Both the position numbers and the translations under genes were made by a program. Below the pieces are notes generated by a model. That model ran no database searches. It was not told the DNA's origin and saw nothing but the letters and a program-made list of their open reading frames with translations. From Monocercomonoides exilis PA203 (Eukaryota > Protista > Preaxostyla): 64,000 nucleotides of DNA. The stretch spans positions 806,001 through 870,000 of the forward strand of contig LSRY02000020.1 of assembly GCA_001643675.2 (NCBI GenBank), read 5' to 3'. Numbering within the stretch: the first letter of the stretch is position 1; each line of letters opens with the position of its first letter. Positions 58,601-64,000 of this stretch are shown piece after piece.

Positions 58601-61526
58601 CCTCCCATGCCGCCGGCAACTCCTCCGGTTATTCCGCAGTTCGGAGTGGCACCCGGCATGAAATATGACGTTGTGGGTCGTTCCTTTTCTTTCTCTTTCT
58701 CCTTCTCCTTCTCTCTTTCTTTTTCTCTCTCCTTCTCTCTTTCTCTTTCCTTCTCTTCTCTCCTGATCGCACCTTGGATCAAAGGAAGCGGCAGCTCGTA
58801 GAAACCACACGCCGACAGCCTCAGCTCATTCAGCGGTGTCAGTGCAAGCGACGGAGGAAGCGTTGAAAGAAGAGGGTTCAAAGACAAATCTAATACACGC
58901 AGCGACGTAAACATTCCCCAATGTGCCGTCCTCTGCAACCCTTTCCTCTTCTCCTCCTTCGACTCCAGCCGGCTGAACAAACTGCCCCCTCCTCCTCCTC
59001 CCCCACCCCCTCCCGTGTTTCCGATCGTCCACAGACGCGGCTCGTCTGCCTCGACAGTCTCAATCGGCGAGTCAATCAGCCCTGCTGCGGAAAGCGCCTC
59101 CATCTGCGCGGCCTGGCTCTGCTCGCGCTGCTTCGCGAGGGCAAAGCGCCTGTCCCAGTCCTCGTCGACCGACCGGAGCGAGCAGCCGCTGAGCTTCAGG
59201 TACTGCAAAGGGGATGGTCCCGAAGAAGGAGCGAGGTCGGCGGGGCTGATGGCGCGCAAAGGGTTGTGGGAGAGGTCGAGGCGGGTGAGCTGCGAGAGGC
59301 GCGGGATTCCGAGGTGCGTGAGGGACGTGGATGTGATCTTGTTGTGGGAGAGGTTGAGGCTCTCCAGCACAGGAAAAGGGGCGCAAGAGAAGGGGATACT
59401 GGCGGGGTGGCGCGTGTCCTCGCGCCGCTGGCGGAACCAGTCCAGCCTCTCCTGCCGCAGCTTCTGTGTGCCGAGGCTCTGTGGAGTGTCGAGGAAAGCG
59501 GAGTGTGGAGAGGAGTCCAGCGAGGATGAGAGGAACGAGGCGGGGTGGTCAGAGACAGAAGATGGCAGCGATGTTGAGGAAGAAGAGTGAGAAGTGTTAA
59601 AAGTTGAAGAAGAAGAAGAAGAAGAAGAAGAAAATGATGATGATGAGAATGTGCTGTTAATACAGCTGTTCTGATACAAGCTGAGCTGCCTGTGCTTCTG
59701 CTTGCGCTGGATGTCTGACGCCACGCGGTCGCTCTCGTCTCTCTCAGCCATCTCTTCCTCCTGCTCCTCAGCCTCTGTCATCCCCAGCCCTGTCCCGATC
59801 TCGTTCCAGCTGAAGTCTGCCTCGCGGAAGCTGAGCAGCACTTTGTTGAAGACGTCTCCGCGGAAGCCTACCATCACCACCTCGTCGTCGATCTTTGTGG
59901 TCTCCCACTCACCTTCGTCCACGCTCGAGTCCGTGCTGAAGAGATCGCTGGAGTCAGAAGAAGAAGAAGAGGAGGAGGAGGAGGAAGAAGAGGAGGAAGA
60001 GGGAAGTGTGGAAGATGAAGTTAAGAACGAGGCAGAAGATGAAGGAGAGGAAGAAGATGAAGACATTGAGTGTGATGCAGATGACATTGAAGGAGTCAAT
60101 GAACGTGAATTCCGAAAGTTTGAGCTCTGATACAAAAGATCGTCAGATGCTGACTGGAAAGAGGCAGGCGCAGCAGAAGGCGAACCAGGAGACGTTGGGA
60201 TGGACCAGAAAGTGCGTTCAGAAAGGGCAGTGCTTTGTTGAGTGTCATAGTGCTGTGCTAATGCATTGCTGTTATTAGAGTTATTATTGTTAATGTTGTG
60301 TTTTTGGAGAAAAGCTGATTTGGCTGCCTCGTTTGAAGCTTCAGGGCTGGGCGACTGGCGCATCCTGGGCGCTGATTCAGAGAGCGAGTGGTCGTATGCT
60401 GCTGTCTTTTGGTGTCGTATCGACGGGTTTGACTGCGAAAGCAGCTTCTGGAAGTTGTCTTCGTCTGTCTTCTTTTTCTTTTCCATTTCGGAAAAATGGA
60501 GGAAAGAGAATGCACAAAGCCTGTTTCTCGCTGCCTTCAGCACAACAAGCGACTTCATTTCCCAGAACGACGTCGGAAGGAATGACAAATAATTCCCTTC
60601 GATGTTGAGCTGTGTCAGACGCTTTAATGGATGGAAAATATTCTGCGGAAGCTCAGTGAAACGGTTGTACTGCATGTTGAGCTCCTCCAAATTGGAAAGC
60701 GAGTCAAAAATGGAAATTGAAGAACTTTCTGGAGGAGGTGATGGAAGCTCATCAAGCAAGTTAAATGAAATATCCAAAGTCTTTAAATTTGAAAACGGGA
60801 AGTAAGTTGATGAAGGAAGTTTTGATAAGCAATTATTTGATAATAGAAGTCGTTGAAGAGAAGGAAGCGGAGATCTTTGATGATATGAAAATAGTTCATA
60901 TGGAAGCTCGGAAAGCCTGAAATGAAAGAAATTTTAATTTCAATAATGTTACTTTAATATTCTTTGTGAAAAATGATAGTCAAACTGATTCCCCACTAAA
61001 TTCAGAAAAGAAAGATTTGATGGAAGCTGTCCTAATCTATCAACTGTAAATGTTTTAATGTGATTGCACATTAGTTGTAGTTCCTTTAGTTTTGTGGACT
61101 ATGAGCATAAAACAAAAAAGAAACAATGATGATTGATGAGAAGAATAAAGAAACCTTGAAAAAAGTAAGTGCAAATTTCTCAATTGAATTATATGACAAA
61201 TCAAGCATTTCAAGTGAAGGAAATGAATAAATCTCTGGTTGTATTTCTTTAAGTTGATTGACATTGACTTTTATCCGTTTAATTCCTTTATATTTGCTGA
61301 TACATTCAGGAAATTTTTCCAAACTATAAAGAATAAATATTAATTTCGAACAAATTAAATTACAATTCGTATCTGTTTATATTTTCTGTTTAAAAATGTC
61401 AAACTTATTCCTTCTTAATTCCACATTCGTCAGTTTTTGACATTGTTGGATAAATGGCATCATAAAATGGTCAAGACACTTACTGATTGCAATAAGCTCG
61501 TCTGATTTTGAATCGACATTTCCCAT
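49657..61526 (-). CDS. Giant LRR + PP2C (PPM) phosphatase, PHLPP/Cyr1-like architecture, ~3890 aa, 4 exons
   Basis: Upstream exons from ATG 61526 (MGNVDSK) carry LRRs and splice into ORF 60777-49657. Many LxxLxLxxN repeats. PP2C motifs GPRPSQEDA, FYAVSDGH, AHVGDCRAVV, DHK...EIERI, LAVARAFGN, IIGCDGLFDV and GTTDNVSTVVI. Confidence 0.9.
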
Positions 61527-61712
61527 GGAACTGTCAATACAAAAACGGAAAAAAAATACAAAATATTATGGCTTGATGTTTTCTTGTTGTTAAAGAGGTT
61601 TTGTTTGTTAATGTATTTGCAAAGCATAATAACATTTGATGTTGCAACAGGTGAGTTTTTATTGAAAATCGAGCTATTGGTTTATCGCTGATTTGGGAAA
61701 TGATCAGTTATC

Positions 61713-64000
61713 ATGAATCAACCCTTGAACGTTGGAATTGATGTTGGTTCTACCACCGTCAAGATATCTATTTTCGAAAATGGAAAACCTATATTTGAGA
61801 AATACGAAAGACACAAGTCTGAATTTTTTTTGCTGTTTAAAGTGTTGCATGTTTTATATTTTTGACACTGTTTTACAGATTTGATGTCGAAAAAACGATT
61901 CGGACTTTTTTCGATGAAGCAATGCCAATTTTGAAAGATAGATTTATTACAGTTTGCTTAATTTTTTATTTCTAGCTGATTTTGGTTAAATTTGATTTGT
62001 AGATTTGTTTGACTGGATCTGCTGGAATGCAAGTATCTGAAGCGTTGTCAATTCCATTTGTTCAAGAAGTTGTTTCATGTACACTTGCAGTTCGAAAATT
62101 ACTACCACCTGTTGATGTCATTTTGGAATTGGGAGGAGAAGATGCTAAGATTGTATATTTTACAGAAATAGATGGGCAAAAAACTGTAACATCCAAAAGC
62201 TTATCTTCTGAAACTGCAAGTTCCAGCAGTTCGACAAAAGAAGAAACAAAGCCTTGTTCATCTGCTTGCAGCTCATCATCAAATGAAAGCTCGTCATGTT
62301 CTTGCTCTGATTGTTCTTCGCCAAAAGACCGAAATGTTGCAATTGATTCTCGAATGAACACAATGTGCGCAGCAGGTACTGGTGCTTTTATCGATCAAAT
62401 GGCTGCACTTTTGGAAACTGATGCTGAGGGATTGAATAACTTAGCAAAAACATACACACATCTTTATACAATTGCTTCTCGATGCGGCGTTTTTGCAAAG
62501 TCTGATGTGCAACCGTTGCTCAATGAAGGTGTACCAAAGAGTGATGTTGCAGCTTCTGTTTTGCAATCAGTTGTCAATCAGACAATTTCTGGTTTGGCAT
62601 CTGGAAAGCCCATCAAAGGCAGAGTTGCATTTTTGGGAGGGCCTCTTCATTTTTTGAGTGAACTGCGTAACATGTTTATCAAGACACTTGCGTTAGTAGA
62701 TGAATCCGAAATCAATACCATTTTGAGCGAGAAAAGAGAACCGGAAGGCGAAGAAGGCAAAAAATTTATTCGCTACGGAACTGGCCTGCTTCCTGAGAAT
62801 GCTCAGTTTTATGTGGCAAGAGGAGCAGCGCTTTATTCAGCATCTCAAACACCATTCCCAACAGCATTTTTGCAAGGGCGTATCGAAAAGATGTCTGACA
62901 AACTGCGAGCGGCTTCGTATAAGCAGTTGCTTCCGCCTCTGTTTGAATCTGCTGAAGCTTTGAATGCATTCAGAGAGCGTCATTCACATTCAGTTGTTCC
63001 TCGGTTCAGCATGGAAAATGCGCGTGGTCCTTTGTTTTTGGGGATTGACTGTGGGAGCACAACGATAAAAGGGTGCCTGACGAACTTGAAAGGAGAGGTT
63101 GGGTGGATGTACTACACAACTCATCAGGGAAACCCGTTGAAAGCTGCAATAGACATGTTCACCAGCATGTGGACGAGCATTCTTGAAGAGCCAAAACCTA
63201 CTGAAGAAGAAAAAGCAGCGGGGAAAGGTGAAAACGGCTTTGAAAAGCCGTTTATTGCGCGTGCTGTGGCGACTGGATACGGAGAGAATCTGATCAAAGC
63301 AGCGTTTTTGGTAGACGACGGGATGGTGGAGACGATGTGCCATTTGAAGGCAGCGCAGTTCTTCCAGCCAGATGTGGACTTTGTGCTTGATATCGGAGGG
63401 CAGGACATGAAGAGCATGACGATCGATGTCGATGTCTCTGAGAAAAGTCCCAGTCCGAGCCCGAGTCCCAGTGCAAGTGCAAGCGCCAGTGCTTCATCGC
63501 AGTCTTCTTCTTCTTCTTCTTCCAGCTCAAATGACTCGGTGGAGAAGCGACGCAGAAGCGGAGGTGTCATCTCAACTATCTGCTTGAATGAAGCCTGCTC
63601 GTCTGGTTGTGGGTCATTCATTCAAACTCTGTCAGCCACTTTGGAAATGCCAATTACAGAATTTTCAGCAGCTGGCTTGCGTTCAAAGCAGCCTGTGGAT
63701 TTGGGCAGCAGATGCACTGTGTTTATGAACAGTCGTATCAAACAGGCACAGAAAGATTGTGCAACAGTGGAAGATATTTCTGCTGGACTTGCATTGTCCA
63801 TCATTAAAAATGCACTGTTTAAAGTCATTCGTATACACGATCCGAAGGAGCTTGGGACGAAAGTTGTGGTACAAGGAGGGACATTTTTGAATGATTCCGT
63901 TCTTCGTGCAGCGGAGATTGTGTTTGACACAACAGTTGTGCGACCTGATATTGCTGGGCATATGGGCGCCTTTGGAGCTGCGCTGGTTGCACAGGAGCAG
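61713..64000 (+). CDS. Bacterial-type 2-hydroxyacyl-CoA dehydratase activator / CoA-substrate-specific enzyme activase (tandem BadF/BcrA-D ASKHA ATPase domains), 2 introns, 3'-truncated by the window
   Basis: [71 protein letters not shown]. Second domain [73 protein letters not shown]. Introns ~61817-61878 and ~61952-62002. Confidence 0.92.

Noticed and set aside
49782-60805. Dozens of overlapping and antisense ORFs inside the LRR-PP2C gene (and in the other large genes)
   Set aside because: They are shadow frames of triplet-repeat, stop-poor sequence (poly-E/K/L) with no domain motifs.
62062-63961. Minus-strand ORFs listed at the window end
   Set aside because: They are antisense to the strongly supported plus-strand activator frame, which the track missed because it has no stop in the window.
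1-64000. CRISPR arrays, rRNA, tRNA, telomeric repeats, transposase or reverse transcriptase genes
   Set aside because: None recognisable by eye. All tandem repeats are simple microsatellites without spacers. tRNAscan and Infernal were not run.

Overview
Eukaryotic, intron-containing, AT-rich genomic DNA from an anaerobic protist, most likely an oxymonad such as Monocercomonoides. This is an inference from the EF-1alpha sequence, the giant CGxxxxPC-repeat surface proteins, short GT-AG introns and the standard genetic code. About 18 protein genes can be reconstructed, many split by introns and so fragmented or missed by the ORF track: BBS1, an SF-assemblin-like coiled-coil protein, RRP4, EF-1alpha, a UBZ/zinc-finger protein, a membrane thioredoxin, RBX1-like RING-H2, GH47 mannosidase, a TM2-domain protein, a giant LRR-PP2C and several Ser-rich hypotheticals. 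The most notable items are: (i) a secreted, intronless LysM + phage/bacterial-type GH19 muramidase, probably from lateral transfer; (ii) an intron-bearing bacterial-type tandem 2-hydroxyacyl-CoA dehydratase activator ([4Fe-4S] ASKHA ATPase) that runs off the window end; (iii) two homologous giant single-pass receptors, one with a C-lobe-only pseudokinase and one with no kinase; (iv) three copies of a ~260-bp MITE-like element with TGGGTGATTATTTTTGA inverted ends; (v) a head-to-head gene pair with 29 bp between ATGs, and frequent AAG splice acceptors. Exon coordinates were read by eye and no database searches were run.
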